Shown: one piece after another, positions 48,216 through 63,000 of the stretch
Numbering within the stretch: the first letter of the stretch is position 1
Layout of the letters: each line of letters opens with the position of its first letter
Made by a program: the position numbers and the translations under genes
Source of the DNA: the human T2T-CHM13v2.0 reference genome, Homo sapiens
Direction: 5' to 3' (one strand)
DNA: 64,000 nucleotides
NCBI RefSeq assembly: GCF_009914755.1
Contig: NC_060946.1
Notes under the pieces: generated by a model
The model's input: the letters and a program-made list of their open reading frames with translations, nothing else
Databases searched by the model: none
What the model was told of the DNA's origin: nothing

Positions 48216-51200
48216 GAGTTGAGTGGAATGGAGTTCATTGGAGTGGAATGGTTAGGAGGGGAATAGAATGGAGTTGAATGGAGTGGAATAGATTGGAATG
48301 GAAGTGAATGGAGTGGAATGGAATACAATGGAGTGGACTGTAAAGGTTGTAGTGCAGTGAAATATAGAAGAGTGGAATGGAGAGGAGTGGAGTGGAATGG
48401 AGGGGAGTGCAGTAGAATGGAATGGATGGGAATGGAGTGTAAAGGAGTGTAGTGGAATGGAATGGAGTAGAGTGGAATGGAATAGAGTGGAATGGAATGG
48501 AATGCATTGGGGTGGAAGGGAAGGTAGTGGAATGCAGTCGAGTGGAGTGGAATTTAGTGAAGTGGAATGGAGTGGAGTGGATTAGAGTGGTGTGGAATGG
48601 AATGCAATAGAGTGGAGTGGATTCGAATGGTGAGGAATGGAGTGGAATGGAGTGGAGTGGAATGGAATGGAGTGGAATGCAATGGAAGGGAATGGAGGGG
48701 AATGGAAATGAGTGAAATGGAATGGAATACATTGGGGTGGAAAAGAAAAGAGTGGAGTGAAATGGATTGGGGTGGAAAAGAAAAGAGTGGAGTGAAATGG
48801 AGTGGAGTGGAAAGGAGAGGAGTGGAGTGTAATGCAATGGAGTGGAATGGAATGCAGTGGCGTGGAATGGAGTGGAGTGGAGTCGAAAGGAATGGAATGC
48901 AATGGAATGGAATTCAATGGAATGGAATGGAATCGAGTGGAATGGAATGGAGTGGAGTGGAATAAAATGGAGTGCAGTGGAATGGAATGGGGAGAAGCAG
49001 ACAGGAATTGATTTGAGTTGAATGGAGAGGAGAGGTATTCAATTGAATGGAATGGAAAGGAATGGAATGGTATTGAGTGTAGTAGAATGGAATCGAGTGG
49101 AGTGAAATAAAATAGAGTGGAATGGAATGGAATGGAATGGAATGGAATGGAATGGAATGGAATGCAGTGGAGTGGAGTGGAATAGAATGGAACGGAATGG
49201 AAGGAATGGAATCGAATGAAGTGGATTGTTATGGAGTGGATTGGAACGGAGCGGAATGCAGTAGAATGCAGGGGAATGCAGTAGAATGGAATGTAGGGGA
49301 ATGGCGTGTAAAGGAGTGGAGTGGAATGGAATGGAGTTTAGTGGAATGGAATGGAGTAGAGTATGTTCGTATGGATTGCAATGGAATAGAGTGGAGTGGA
49401 GTGGAGTGGTGTGGAATGGAATGGAATGGAATGGAGTGGAGTGGAGTGGAGTGGAATGGAATGGAGTGGAAAGGAGTGTAATGGAATGGAATGGAGTGGA
49501 ATAAAATGGAAAGGAGTGGAGTGGAGTGGAATGGAATGAAGTGGATTGGAATGGAACGGAATGGAATGGAGTGGAATAGAATGGAATGGAGTGGAATCTA
49601 ATGGAGTGGAGTGGAAGAAAATTGTGCGGAATGGAATGGAATAGAAAGTAGTGGAATGGAATGGCATGGAGTGGAGTGGAGTGGAATGGAATGGAATGGG
49701 ATGGAATGGAATGGAATGGAGTGGAATGGAATGGAATGGAATCGAATGGAAAGGAATGGAACAGAATTGAATGGAAAGGAATGTAGTGGAGTGGAATGAA
49801 ATGGAGTGGAATTGAATGGAATGGAGTGGAGGGGAGTTGAATGGAGTGGAGTGGAGTGGACTTGAACGGAATGGAATGTAGTGTAGTGGAAAGGAGTGCA
49901 GCATACTGGAATGAAATGGAATGGAATGGAATGGAAATGAGTGGAATGCAATGAAATGGATTGTAATAGAATGGTGTGGAGTGGAATGAAATGGAGTGGA
50001 ATAGAAAGGAATGGAATTAAGTGGAATGCAATAGAGTGGAGTGGAGTGGAGTGGAATGAAACTAAATGGAAAGGAATGCATTGGCATGGAATGGAGTTGA
50101 AAGGAATTGAATGGAAATGAATGGAATGCAATGGAATGTATTGGGTTGGAGGGTAGTGGAATGGAAGGGAGTGGAATGGAATGGAATTGAATGGAATGGA
50201 GTGGAATGGAGTGGACTGGAAAGGAGAGTAGTTGAGTGGAATGGAATTGAATGGAGTATACTGAAGTAGAGTGTTGTGGAATGGAGTGGAGTGAAATGGA
50301 GTGGAGTGGAAAGGAGTGCGGTGAAATGGAGTTGAATGGAGTGGAATGGAGTGGAATGAAGTGGAGTGGAATGGAATGGAATGGAGTGGAGTGGAAAAAG
50401 AATGGAATGCAATAAAGTGGAAAGGAATGCAATGGCTCAGAGTTGAGGGGAGTGGAGTGGAGTGAAATTGAGTGGAATGGAATGCAATGGAGACTAATGG
50501 AGTGTTAAGTAGTGGTGGGCTGTGAAATGGAATGGAGTAGAGTGGAATGGAATGGACTGGAATGGAAATGAGTGGACTGGAATCGAATGGAATGGAGAGG
50601 AGTGCAGTGGAGTGGAGTGCAGTGGAGTGGAGTTGAAAGAATGAAGTGAAATTGAGACCAGTAGATTGGAATGGAGTGGAGTGTAAAGGAATGGAAGTGA
50701 ATGGAATGGAATACAATGAAATGGAATGGAATGGAATGAAATGGAATGGAATGAAATGGAATGGAGTGGGGTGGAGTGGAGTGGAGTGGTGTGGAGTGGA
50801 GTAGAATGGAGAGTAGTAGAATGGAATGGTGTGAAATGGAGAGGAATGGAGTGGAATGGAATGGAATGGAATGGAGTGGAATGGAGTGGACAGGAGTGGA
50901 ATGTAATGTAATGGAGTACAACAGAGTGGAATGGAAAGCAATGGAATGCAGTGGAGTGTACGGTAGTGGAATGGAATGGAATGGAATTGAATGGAGTGGA
51001 GTGGAATGGAGTGGAGTGGAAAGGAGTGTACATGAGTGGAATGGAATTGAATGGAGTGTAGTGGTGTGGAATTGAGTGGATTGGAATGGAGTGGAGTGGA
51101 AAGGAGTGGGATGAAATTGAATGGAATGTTGTGGAATGGAGAGGAACGAAGTGCAATGGAGTGGAATGGAATGGAGTGGAATGGTAAAGAATGGATTGGA

Positions 51201-53820
51201 ATGAAGTGGAAAGGAGTGCAATGGCTCGGATTTGAGTGGAGTGGAATGGAGTGAAATTGAGTGGTATGGAATGCAATGGAGTGTAATGGCGTGGAAAGTA
51301 GTGGAGTGCTGTGAAATGGAATGGACTACAGTGGATTGGATTGGACTGGAATGGAAAGGAAAGTACTGGAATGGAAGGGAATGGAGACGAGTGGAGTGGA
51401 GTGGAGTGGAGTGGAAAGGAGTGAAGTGGAATTGTGACCAGTGGATTGGAATGGAGTGGAGTGTAAAGGAATGGAATGGAATGGAATGGAGTGGGGTGGG
51501 GTGGAGTGGAGTATTGTGGAGTGGAGTAGAAGGGAATGGTGTGGAAAGGACAGGAATGAAGTGGAATGGAATAGAGTGGAGTGGAGTGGAGTGGACAGGA
51601 ATGGAATGGAGTAAAGCAGAGTAGAATGGAATGAAATGGAATGGAGTGGAGTGGAATGGAATGCAATGGAAAGGAGTGGAATGGAGTGGCATGGAATGGA
51701 ATGCAATGGAGTGGAGTGGAAAGGAATAGAGTGGAATATAGGGGACTGGAGTGGAATGGAGTGGTGTGGAATGGAATGGGGTGGAGTTGAATAGAGGGAA
51801 TTGGAGTGGAGAGGAAGGCTGTGGAATAGAATGTGGTGGAGTGGAGTGGAGTGGAATGGAGTCGACTGGAATGCAGTGGAGAGCAATGGATTGGAGAGGA
51901 AAGGAGTGAAATGGAATGGTGTGGAGTGGAGTGGAGTGGTGTGGAGTGGGGTGGAATGGAGTGGAGTGGAATGGAATGGAATGAAATGGAATGACATAGT
52001 ATGGAATGGAAAAGAGTGTAGTGGAGTGGGGTGGAGTGGAGTGAAGTGGAATGGAGTGGATGGAATGGAGTGGAGTACAATGGAATGTGGGAAAATGGAA
52101 TAGAATGGAGTGGACTGTAGTGGAATGGAGTGGAGTGGAATGGAATGGAATGGAATGAAATGGAATGACATGGTATGGAATGGAAAAGAGTGTAATGGAG
52201 TGGGGTGGAGTGGAGTGAAGTGGAATGGAGTGGATGGAATGGAGTGGAGTACAATGGAATGGGGTAAAATGGAATAGAATGGAGTGGACTGGAGTGGAAT
52301 GGAGTGGAGTGGAGTGGAATGGAGTGGAAAGGAATGGAATGTATTGGAATTGAATGAAATGGAATGGAATGGAATGGAGTGGAGTGCAGTGGAGTGGAGT
52401 GGAATGGAGTGAAATTTAATGAAGTGAAATGGAGAGCATTGGAATTGAATGGAGTGGAGTGGAATGAAATGGAGAGGAATAGAACGGCATGGAATGAAAA
52501 GGAATGCAGTGGAGTGGAGTGGAGTGGAGTGGAGTGAAGTCAAATAGAATGGAATGCAATGGAAACTACTGTAATGAAATAGAATAGTGTGAAATGGATA
52601 GGAATGGAGTCAAGTGGAGTGGAATGGAATGGATTGGAGTGTAACGCAATCGAGTGGAGTGGAGTGGAGTGAAATGGAATGGAGTGGAGTGGATTGGAGT
52701 GGAAAGAAATGGAATTGAATGGAGTGTACCTGAAAGGAATGGAATTCAATGGAGTTGAATGGATTGCAGTGTAGTGTAGTGTAGTGGAGTGGAGTAGAGT
52801 GCAATGGAATGGAAAGGAGTGGAGTATAGTAGAGTGGAGTGTATTGGAGTGGAGTGAAATGGAATGGAGTGGAGGCGAGTGTAGTGGAGTGGAATGGAAT
52901 GGATTTTAGTGGAATGGAGTGGAAAGAAATGGACAGGAGTGACATGGAATAGAATGCAATGCTGTGGAATGGAATGGAATGGAATGGAGGGAAAGGAATG
53001 GAGTGGAATGGAGTGGAGTGGAGTGGAATAAAATGGAGTGGAGTGGAATGGAATGCAACGGAGTGGCATAGAGTGTAGTGGAGTGGATTGGAACGGAGTG
53101 GAATGGAAAGCAATGAAGTGTAACGGAGTGGAATGGAGTTGAGTGGAGTGGAATGGAATATACTGGATTGGAGTGGTGTTGAATGGAATGGAGTGGAATT
53201 CAGTGGAATGGAGTGGAATGGACTGGAGTGAAGTGAAGTTGAGTGGAGTAGAGTGTAGTGGAATGGAATGGAGTGCTATGGAATGGAATGGAAAGGAATG
53301 GAATGGAATCGAATGGAATGGTATGCAGTGGAGTGGAATGGAATGGAGTGGAGTGGAGTGGAATGGACTTTACTGTAGTGGAATGGATAGGGGTGGAATC
53401 CAATGTAGTGGAATGCAATGGAATAGAGTGGAGTAGAATGGAATGGAGGAGACTGTAATGGAGTAGAGTGTAATGGAATAAAATGGAGTGGAGTGGAATG
53501 GAGTGAATTGGAATGGATTGGAGTGAAGTAGAATGGAGTAGAGTGGAATGGAGTGGAATGGAATGGAGTGGAGTGGAGTGGAATGGAGTGGAGTGGAGTG
53601 GAGTGAAATGTAGTGGACTGGAATATAGTGGAAAGAAGTGGAGTGGAATGGTTTGGAGTGGAGTGGAATGGAATGGAGTGGAAAGGAATGGAATGGAGTG
53701 GGGTGGAATGGAGTCGACTGCAATGGAGTGGAATGGAGTAGAATGGAGTGGAATGGTATTGAATGTATTGGAATGGAATGCAATGGAATGGAGTGGAATG
53801 GAGTGGTTTCGAGTGGAATG

Positions 53821-54010
53821 GAATGGAGTGGAATGGGATTGAATGTATTGTAATGGAATGAAATGGAGTGGAAAGGAGTGGTTTGGAATGGAATGGAAAG
53901 GAGTGGAATGGAACGGAATGGAGTGGAATGGGATTGAATGTATTGTAATGGAATGAAATGGAGTGGAAAGGAGTGGTTTGGAATGGAATGGAAAGGAGTG
54001 GAATGGAACG
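53821..54010 (+). repeat. Perfect 95-bp tandem duplication within the satellite
   Basis: 53821-53915 equals 53916-54010 on base-by-base reading, including the rare variants gggattgaatgtattgtaatg and gagtggtttgg. Confidence 0.9.
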
Positions 54011-57000
54011 GAATGGAATGGAATGGAATGTAGTGGAATGGAATGGAATGGAGTGGCGTGGAGTGGAATAAAAAGGTGTGGAATGCAATGGAATGGAAAG
54101 GAGTGGAATGGAATAGAGTGGAGGGGAATGGAGTGGAATGGTATTGAATGTAATGGAATGGAATGGAATGGAATGGATTGGAGTTGATTGTAATGGAATT
54201 TAGTGGAGTATAATGGAATGGAGTGGAATCGAAAGGAATGCAATGCAAAGGAGTGGAATGCAATGGAATAGAAAGGACTAGAATGAACTGGAGTGGAATG
54301 GAATGGAATGGAATGGAATGGATACGAATCGAGTGAAATAGAAAGGAATTTAGCACAGAGGAGTTGACGGGAATGGAATGAAAGGAAATGGAACGAAATG
54401 GAATGCAATGTAATGTAATGTCATGGAATTGAATGGAATGGAGGGGAACGGAATGGAGTGGAATGGAGTGGAATGGAATGGAGTGGAGTGGAATAAAATC
54501 GAGTGGAGTGGAATGGAATGGAATGGAGTGGAATGCAATGAATTGGAGTGGAGTTGGGAGGACTGAAGTGGGGTGGAGTGGAATGGAGTGGAATGTAAAG
54601 GAATGGAGTGGAATGTAATGGAGAGGAGTGGAGTGGAGTAGAGTGGTGTGGAGTGGGGTGGAATGGAGTGGAGTGCAAAGGAAAGGAATGGAATGGAATG
54701 GAGAGTAGTGGAGTGCAGTAGAGTGGAGTGGAGAGGCTTGGAGTGGCGTGGAATGGAATGGTGTGGAAATGAGTGGAATGGAGTACTGTGGAATGGAATG
54801 GAGTGTGTTGCAGTGGATTGGAGTGGAATGCAATGTAATGGAGTAGAATGGAGTGGAATGGAATGTAATGGAATGGACTCTAGTGCAGTGGAATGGAATA
54901 GAATGGAGTGGAACGGAGTGGCAAGGAATTTAATGGAATGGAGTGGAGTGGAATGGAGTGGAGTAAAATGGAGTGGAGTCGAGTGGAATAGAGTAGATTG
55001 GAATGGAATGGAATGGAGTGGAGTGGAACGGACCGGTATGGTATGGAATGGAATGGAATGGAAAGGAGTGGAATGGATTGGACTGTATTGGAATGGAAAG
55101 GAGTGCAGCGGAATGGAATGAAGTGGCATGGATTTTAGTGGAGAGGAATGGTGAGGAGAGGAATCGAAATGAGTGGAATGGATTGGAATGCAGTGGAGTG
55201 GAAAGGAATGGCATGGACCGGAATGGAATGGAATTGATTGGAATGGATGAAGTGGAGTGTAATGGAGAGGAGTGGAAAGGACTGAATTGGAGTGGAATGG
55301 AGTGGAGTCGAATGGAATGGAATGGAGTGGAGTGGAATGGAATGGAGTGCAGGGGAATGGAAGTAGGTGGAATGCAAAGAAAAGGAATGGAGCGGAGTGG
55401 AATGGAGTGGAGTGGAATGGAGTGGAGTGGAATGGAATGGAGTAGAATGGAATGGAATAGAGTAGGATGGATTGGAGTGGAATGGAATGGAATGGAGTGA
55501 CATGCAATGGAATGGAGTGGAGGGGACTGGAATGGAGTGGAGTGGAATGGAATGGATTGAAGTGGAATGGAATGGAGTGGAATTGAATGGAATGTAATGT
55601 AATGGAATGGAGAGGCATAGAATACAGTGGAACGGAATGGAATCGAATGAAGTGAAAGTGGAATTGAGTGGAGTGGAACGGAGTGTAGGGAAGTTGAATG
55701 GAATGGAATGGAATGGAAAGGAGTGTAATGGAATGAAATGGATAGGAATTGAATGGTGTGGAGTGGAATAAAATGGAGTGGAAAATAATGGAGTGTAATG
55801 GAATGGAGTGGAGTGGAATGGAATGGAATGGAGTTAAAAGGAATTTGTAGTTGAATGGAATGGAATGAAATGGAATGCAGTAGAGTGTAGTGTAGTGGAA
55901 TGGATTGGAGTGTAATGGAATGGAATTGAATGGAATGGAGTGGAATGGAGTGGAATGGAGTGGAGTTGAGTGGAATGGAAGGGAATGGAATGAAGAGGAG
56001 GGGATTGGAGTTGAGTGGAATGTAGTGGAGTGGAATGGAGTGGAATTGAAAGGAGTGAGGGGAAATGGAATTGAATGGAGAGGATTGGAGTGGAAATGAA
56101 TGGAATGGAATGGAGTGAAATGGAATTCAATGAAGTGGAGTTGAGTGGAGTGTAGTGGAGTGAAATTGAGCGGAATGGAATGCAATGGAGTGAATGGAGC
56201 GGAAAAGAGTGGAATGGTGTGAAATGGAATGGAGTAGAGTGGAATGGAATATACTGGAATGGAAAGGAATATACTAGAATAGAATGGAATGAAATGGAGA
56301 GGAGTGGAGTCGACTGGAATGGAGTGAAGTGGAACGGAGAGCACTGGATTGGAATGGAATTTAGAGAAAAAGGAATGGAATGGAAAGGAATGGAATTGAA
56401 TTGACTGGAGTGAGGTGGAGTAGAGCCGAGTGATGTGGACTGGAGTGGAAAGGAAAGGTGTGGAATGGAGTGGAATGGAGAGGAGTGAAATGGAATGGAG
56501 AGGATTGGAGTGGAATGGAGTGGAATGCAATGTAATGGAGTAGAACAGAGAGGCATGGAATGAAATGGAATGGAGTGTAATGGAGTGGAATGGAATGGAA
56601 TGGAAAGGAATGTAATGGAGTGGAGTGGAATGGATTTGATTGGAGTCGAATGGAATGGAATGGAATGCAGTGGAATGGATTGCAATAGAGTGGAGTGGAG
56701 TGGAATGGAATGGATTGGAGTGGAATGGAATGGGGTGCAGTGGAATGGAGGGGAGTGGAATGGAATGGAGTTGAATAGAATGGAGTGGAGTGAAGTCGAC
56801 TGGAGTGGAATGGAATAGAATGTAATGCTATGGAATGGAATGGAATAGAGGGGAAATGAATGGAGAGGAATGGAGTGAATGCAATGGAATAGAGTGGTAA
56901 AAAGTGCACTGGAGTGGAATGGAAAGCAACGGAGTGGAGTAGAGTAGAGTGGAATCGATTGGAATGGATTGGAATGGAATGGAAGGAAGTGTAACGGAGT

Positions 57001-60000
57001 GGAATGGAGTGGAGTGGAGTGTAATGGAATGGACTTGAGTGTACTGGAGTGGATTGGAATGGAGTGGATTGGAGTGGAGTGGAGTGGAATGAAATGGAGT
57101 GGAGTGGAATTGAGTGGGGTAGAGTGTCATGTAATGTAATGAAGTGTTATGGAATGGAATGGAATAGAATGGAGTGGAATGGAATGGAATGTAGTGGAGA
57201 GGAATGGAATTTAGTGGAGTGGAATGTAGAGGAATGGAATCAACTGTAGTGGAATGGAAAGAAAGAGTGATGTCTAATGCAATAGAGTGGTGTTTAATGG
57301 AATGGAATTGATTGCAATGGAATGTAGTGGAATGGCATGAAATAAAGTGGATTGGAATGGAGTGGATTGGACTGGAGTGGAGTGCAATGGATTGGAGTGG
57401 ACTGGAGTGAAGTGGAATGGAGTGGTATGTAGCAGAAAGGAGCGGAGTGAAATTGTGTGGAGTGGAATGGAATGGAATGCAGTGGAAAGGAATGGAATGG
57501 AATGGTGTGGAGTGGATAGGAGTCGAGTGAAATCGATTGGGGTGTAGTAGGATGAAGTGGAATGGAATGGAATGTATTGAAATGGAATGCAATGGAATGG
57601 AAAGACGTGTAACGAGTGGAATGGAATGGAATGGAATGGAATAGAACGGAATGGAGATGAATGAATGGAATGGGGTGGAGTGTATTATAAAGGGGTGGAG
57701 TGGAAAGGAGTGGAATGGAATGGAGTGGAATGGAGTGGAGTGGAGGGGAATGGAGTGGAAAGGTGTCGCAAAGAATGGAATGGAATGCAATGGAATGGAT
57801 TGGAGTAGAGTGTAATGGAATGGAGTGGAGAGGAATAGAATGGATTGGAATCGATAGGAATGCAATGGAATAGAGTGGAATGGAAATGAATGGAATGGAA
57901 TGGAATGGAAAGAACTGCAGTGGAAAGGAATGGAATGGAATGGAATGCATTCGAATGGAATGAATTGGAAGGGAATTTAATGGAATGGAATGGAAAGGAA
58001 TGGAATGAAATGGAATGGAATGGAATGGAATGGAATGGAATGGAATGGAATCGAAAGGAATCGAATGGAATGGTATTACATGGAATGGAATGGAATGGGG
58101 GGAATTGAATGGAGTGTAATAGAGTGTAATGGAATGTAGTGGAGTGGAATGAAATGGAGTGTACTGGAATAGAATGCAATGGAGAAATACAGAAAGAAGT
58201 GGAGTGGAGTGGGGTGGATTCAAGTCTGTTGGAGTGGAATGGAGTGGAATGGAACGGAATGGAGTGGAGTGGTGTGGAGTGGAGTGGTGTAGAGTGGTGT
58301 GGAATGGGTGGAATGGAGTGTAGTGGAATGGAATAGAATGGAATTGGATGGAGAGGATTGGAGTGGAGTGGAGTGGAGTGGTGTGAAGTGGCATGGAATG
58401 GAATCAGTAGAATGGAGTGGAAAGGAGTGAAAATGAACGGAGTTTAGTGGAGTGGAATGTAATAGAATGGAGTGGAATAGAGTGGCATGGAAAGGAATGG
58501 AATGGAGTCAAGTGGAATTTAGTAGAGAGAAATGGATTGGAGTGGAATAGAGTTGATTGGAATGGAATGAAGTGGAGTGGAGTGGAATGGATTGTTATGG
58601 AATGGAATGGAATGGAATGGAATGGAATGTATAGGAATGGAAACGAGTGGAGTGGAAAGGAGTGGAGAGGAATGGAGTTTAGTGGAGAGAAATGGTGAGA
58701 TAGGAATTGAATGGAGCGGAATGGAATGGAATGGAGTGGAGTGGTATGGAATGTACTAGACTGGACTGGAATGGATTGAAATGGAGTGGAATGGAGTGGA
58801 GTGGAGTTGAATGGAATGGAGTGGAGTGGAACTGAGTGGAGTAGAGTGTAGTGGAATGGAATGGAGGGGTATGGAATGGAATGGATTGGAATGGAGTGTA
58901 GTGTAAAGGAATGGAGTGGAAGGGAAGGTAGTGAAGTGCAATGGAGTTTAGTGGAGTGGATTGGAGAGAAGTGGAATCAAATGAAGTGGAATGGAATGGA
59001 ATAGATTGGACTGGAATGGAATGGAGTTGACTGGAATGGAATGCAGTCCAATAGAATGAAATGGACGGAGTGGAATAGAGTGGAGTTGAATGGATTGGAG
59101 TGGAGTGGAATTGAGTAGAATGGAATGGAGTGGAGTGGGGAGAAGTGAAAAGGAATGGAGTGGAATGTAGCAGAAAGGAGTGGAGTGGAACAGTGTGGAG
59201 TGGTGTAGAATGGAATGCAGTGGAAAGGAATGGAATGGCATGGAGTGGAGTGGAATGGAGTCGAGTGGAATGGAGTCACGAGGAGTAGAATGGAGTGGAA
59301 AGGAATGAAGTTTATTGGAATGGAATGGAAAGGAGTGGAATGGAGTGGAATGGAATGGAGAGTAGTGGATTGCATTGGAGTGTAAAGGAATGGTATGGAA
59401 TGGAGGAGAGTGGAATGGAATTGAGTGGAGTGGAATGGAATGGAGTGGAGAGGAATGGAGTGGAATGGTATCAACTGGAACGCAATGGAATGGATTGGAG
59501 TGGATTGTAATGAAATGGAGTCTAGTGGAATGGAATGAAGTGGAATCGAATGGAATGCAATGGGATGGAGTGGAATGCAATGGAATGGAATGGAATAGAA
59601 TGGAATGGAATGAAGTGGTGTGGAATGGAATGGAATGAAGTGGTGTGGAATGGAATGGAACGGAATGGAATGGATTGGAATGGAATGGAGTGGAATGGAA
59701 TGGAATGGAATGGAATGGGATGGAATGGATGGAATGGAATGGAATGGAATAGAATGTATTGGAAACAAATTTAATGGAATTTAATGGAATGGAATGGAAT
59801 GGAATGGAGTCCAATGAATTGGAGAGCAGTGGAGTGGAGTGGAGTGGAATGGAATGGAATGGAATGTAGTGGAGTGAAGTGGAGTGGAGTGGAGTGGTGT
59901 GGAGTGGAGCGCACGGGAAAGGTGTGAAATGGAGTGGAGTGGAATGAAGTTAAGTGGTTTGGAGTGGACTAGAGTGAAATGGAATGTAATGGATTAGAAT

Positions 60001-63000
60001 GGAGTGGAATGGAATGTAATGGAATAGAGTGGAGTGGAATGGAATGGAATGGAGGGGAATGAAGTGGCATCAAATGGAATGGAATGGAGTGGAGTAGAAT
60101 GTCGTGGATAGGAATGGAGTGGATTGGAGTGGAATGGAATGGAGTGGAATCGATTGCAATGGAATGGGGTGAAATGGAATGGAATCGAGAGGAATGGAGT
60201 GTAATGGAGTGGAGTGGAGGGGAATGGAATGGAGAGGAGTGGAAAGGAGTGGAATGGAATGGGATGGAATTGTGGGAAATGGAGGAGAATGGAGTTGAGT
60301 GATGTTTGACTGAATGGAGTGAAGTGGAATTTAATGGAATGTAATTGAGTGCATTGCAATGGAATGCAGTGGAGTGGAATGAAATGGAGAGGAATGGAAT
60401 GAAATGGAGTGGAGGGGAATGGAATTGAGGGGAATGGAATGGAGTGGAGTGGGGTGGAGTGGAGTGGAAGTTAAAGGTGTGGATTGGAGTGTAAGGTAGA
60501 AGAGTGGAGTGGAGTGGTGTGGAGTGGACTGGAGTGGAATTGAATGTAATGGAGTACAATGGAGCGGAATGGAATGAAATGGAATGTAGTGGAGTGAAGT
60601 GGAATGCAATGGAATGGAGTGGAATGGAGTGGCATCAAATGTAATGGAATACATGGGGTAGAATGGAGTGGAGTGGAATGGAGTGGAGTGGAATGCAGTG
60701 GAATGGAATAGAATGTACTGAAGTGGAGTGGAATGGAGTGGAGGGGAATGCAGTGGAGTGCTTTGGAATAGAAAGGGGAGGAGAGGAGGGGAGTGGAATG
60801 GAGTGGATTAGAATGGAGTGCAGTGCATTGGAAGGGGTGAAATGGAATGGAATAGAGTGGAATGGATTGTAAAGGAGTGGAGTGGAGGAGAATTGAATGG
60901 AGTGGAGTGGAAAGGAATGGAATGGAATGTGGTGGAATGAAATGGAATGCAAAGGAATGGAAGTAGAAGGAGTGTAGAGGAGTGGGTGGTGAGGAGTGGA
61001 GGGGAATTTAATGAAGTGGAATGAATAGTGGGATTGTATGCAGTTGAGTGGAATGGAATGGAGTTGAATGGAATGGCATGGAATGAAGTGGAGTGGAATG
61101 GATTGGAGTGGAATTTGGAAGAGTGGATTCGAATGCAATGGAACGGAATGGAATGCAATGAAATGGAATGGAAAGGAATGAAATGGAATGGAAAGGAATG
61201 AAATGGAATGGAGTGGAATGAAATGGAGTGGAGTGGCATAAATAGGAGTGGGGTGGAATGGAATTGAGTTGAACATAATGGAATGGAGTGGACTGGAGGG
61301 GAGTGAAGCTGGATGGAGTGGAATGGAGTGGAATAGAATGGAATTGAGGGTAATGGAGTAGAATGCAGTTGAGTGGCATGGAATGGAATAGAGTGAAGTG
61401 GAATTTAATGGAATGGAATGCAGTGCACTGGAATGGAATGCAGTGGAGTGAAATAAAATGGAGCGGAATGGAATGGAATGGAATGGAGGGCAGTGTAGTG
61501 GAATGGAGTGGAATGGAATGGAGTGGCGTGGAATGGAATGGGGTGGAGTGGAGTGGAGTGGATTGGAAAGGAGTGGAGTGGAACGGAGTGTATTGGAGTG
61601 GAATGGAGTGGAGTGGATTGGAATGGATTGGAGACGAATGGAATGACAATGAGTGGTATGGAATGGAATAGCATGGAGTGGAGAGGAATGGAATGGAGTG
61701 AAGTGGAGTGGATTTGAGAGGCGAGGAGTGGAAGGGAATGGAGTGAAGTGGAGTGGAATGGAGTGGAGTGCAAGGGAAGGGGTGAAATGGAATTGAATCG
61801 AGTGGAATGGAATGTAATGGAGTGGATTGGAGGAGAATGGAATGGAGTGGATTGGAAAGGAACGAAATGGAATGGAGTGGAATGAAAAGGAATGGAATGG
61901 ATTGGAAGAAAAAGGAGTGTAGCGGATTGGAGTGGAGTGGAGGGGAATTTAATGAAGTGGAATGAATAGCAGTGGGATTGTATGGATTGGAGTGGAATGG
62001 AATGGAGTTGAATGGAAAGGCATGGAATGGAGTGGAGTGGAATGGAGAAGAGTAGATCAGAATGGAATGGAATGGAATGAAACGGAGTGGAATGGAATGG
62101 AGTGGAAGGGAGTGGAATGAAATGGAGTGGAGTAGAATAAACAGGAGAGGAGTAGAATGGAATGGAGTGCAGTAGAATGGAGAGGAGTGGAGTGGAATAC
62201 AGTGGAGAGGAAAGTAGAGGAATGGAATAGAGTGGAGAGAATTGAATGGAATGGAGTGTACTGGAATGGAATGCAGTGGAATGGAATGGAACTGAATGGA
62301 ATGGAATGGAACAGAATAGAGTGGAGTGGAGTGGAGTGCAGTGGAGTAGGAAGGAGTGAAGTGGAGTGAGGTGGAAAGGAGAACAGTGGAATAAAAAGAG
62401 GTGGAGTGGATTGGAATGGCGTGGAATGGAATGGAATCGAATGAAGTGGATTGGAAGGGAGTGGAGTGGAATGGAACTTAGTGAAGTGGAATGGAATTCA
62501 ATGGAATGGAATGGAATGGAATGGAAAGGAGTGGAATGGAAAGGAATGGAGTGGAATGGAATGGAGTCAAGTGGAATCGAATAGAATTCAATGGAATGGA
62601 ATGGAGTGGAATGGAATGTCATGGAGGGAATCAAATGGAGTGGAGTGGAATAAAATGGAGCGAAATGGAATGGAATGGAATGTAGTGGAATGGAATGGAA
62701 TGGAGTGGAGTGGAATGCAATGGAACGGGATGGAAAGAAATTGAATAGAGTGGAATGGAATTGAATGGAATGGAATGGAAAAGAATGGACTGGAGAGGAA
62801 TTGAGTGGAGTGGCACGGAATTTAATAGAATAGAGGGAAGTGGAATAGAGTGGAATGGAATGGAGTGGTCTGGAGTGCAATGGAGTTGAGTGGGTTAAAA
62901 CTGAGTGGAGTGGATTGGAATGGAGTGCCATGGAATATAGTGGTGTGGAATGGAATGAATGGATTGTAGTGGAGTGGAACGGAGTGGAGTGGAGTAGAGT

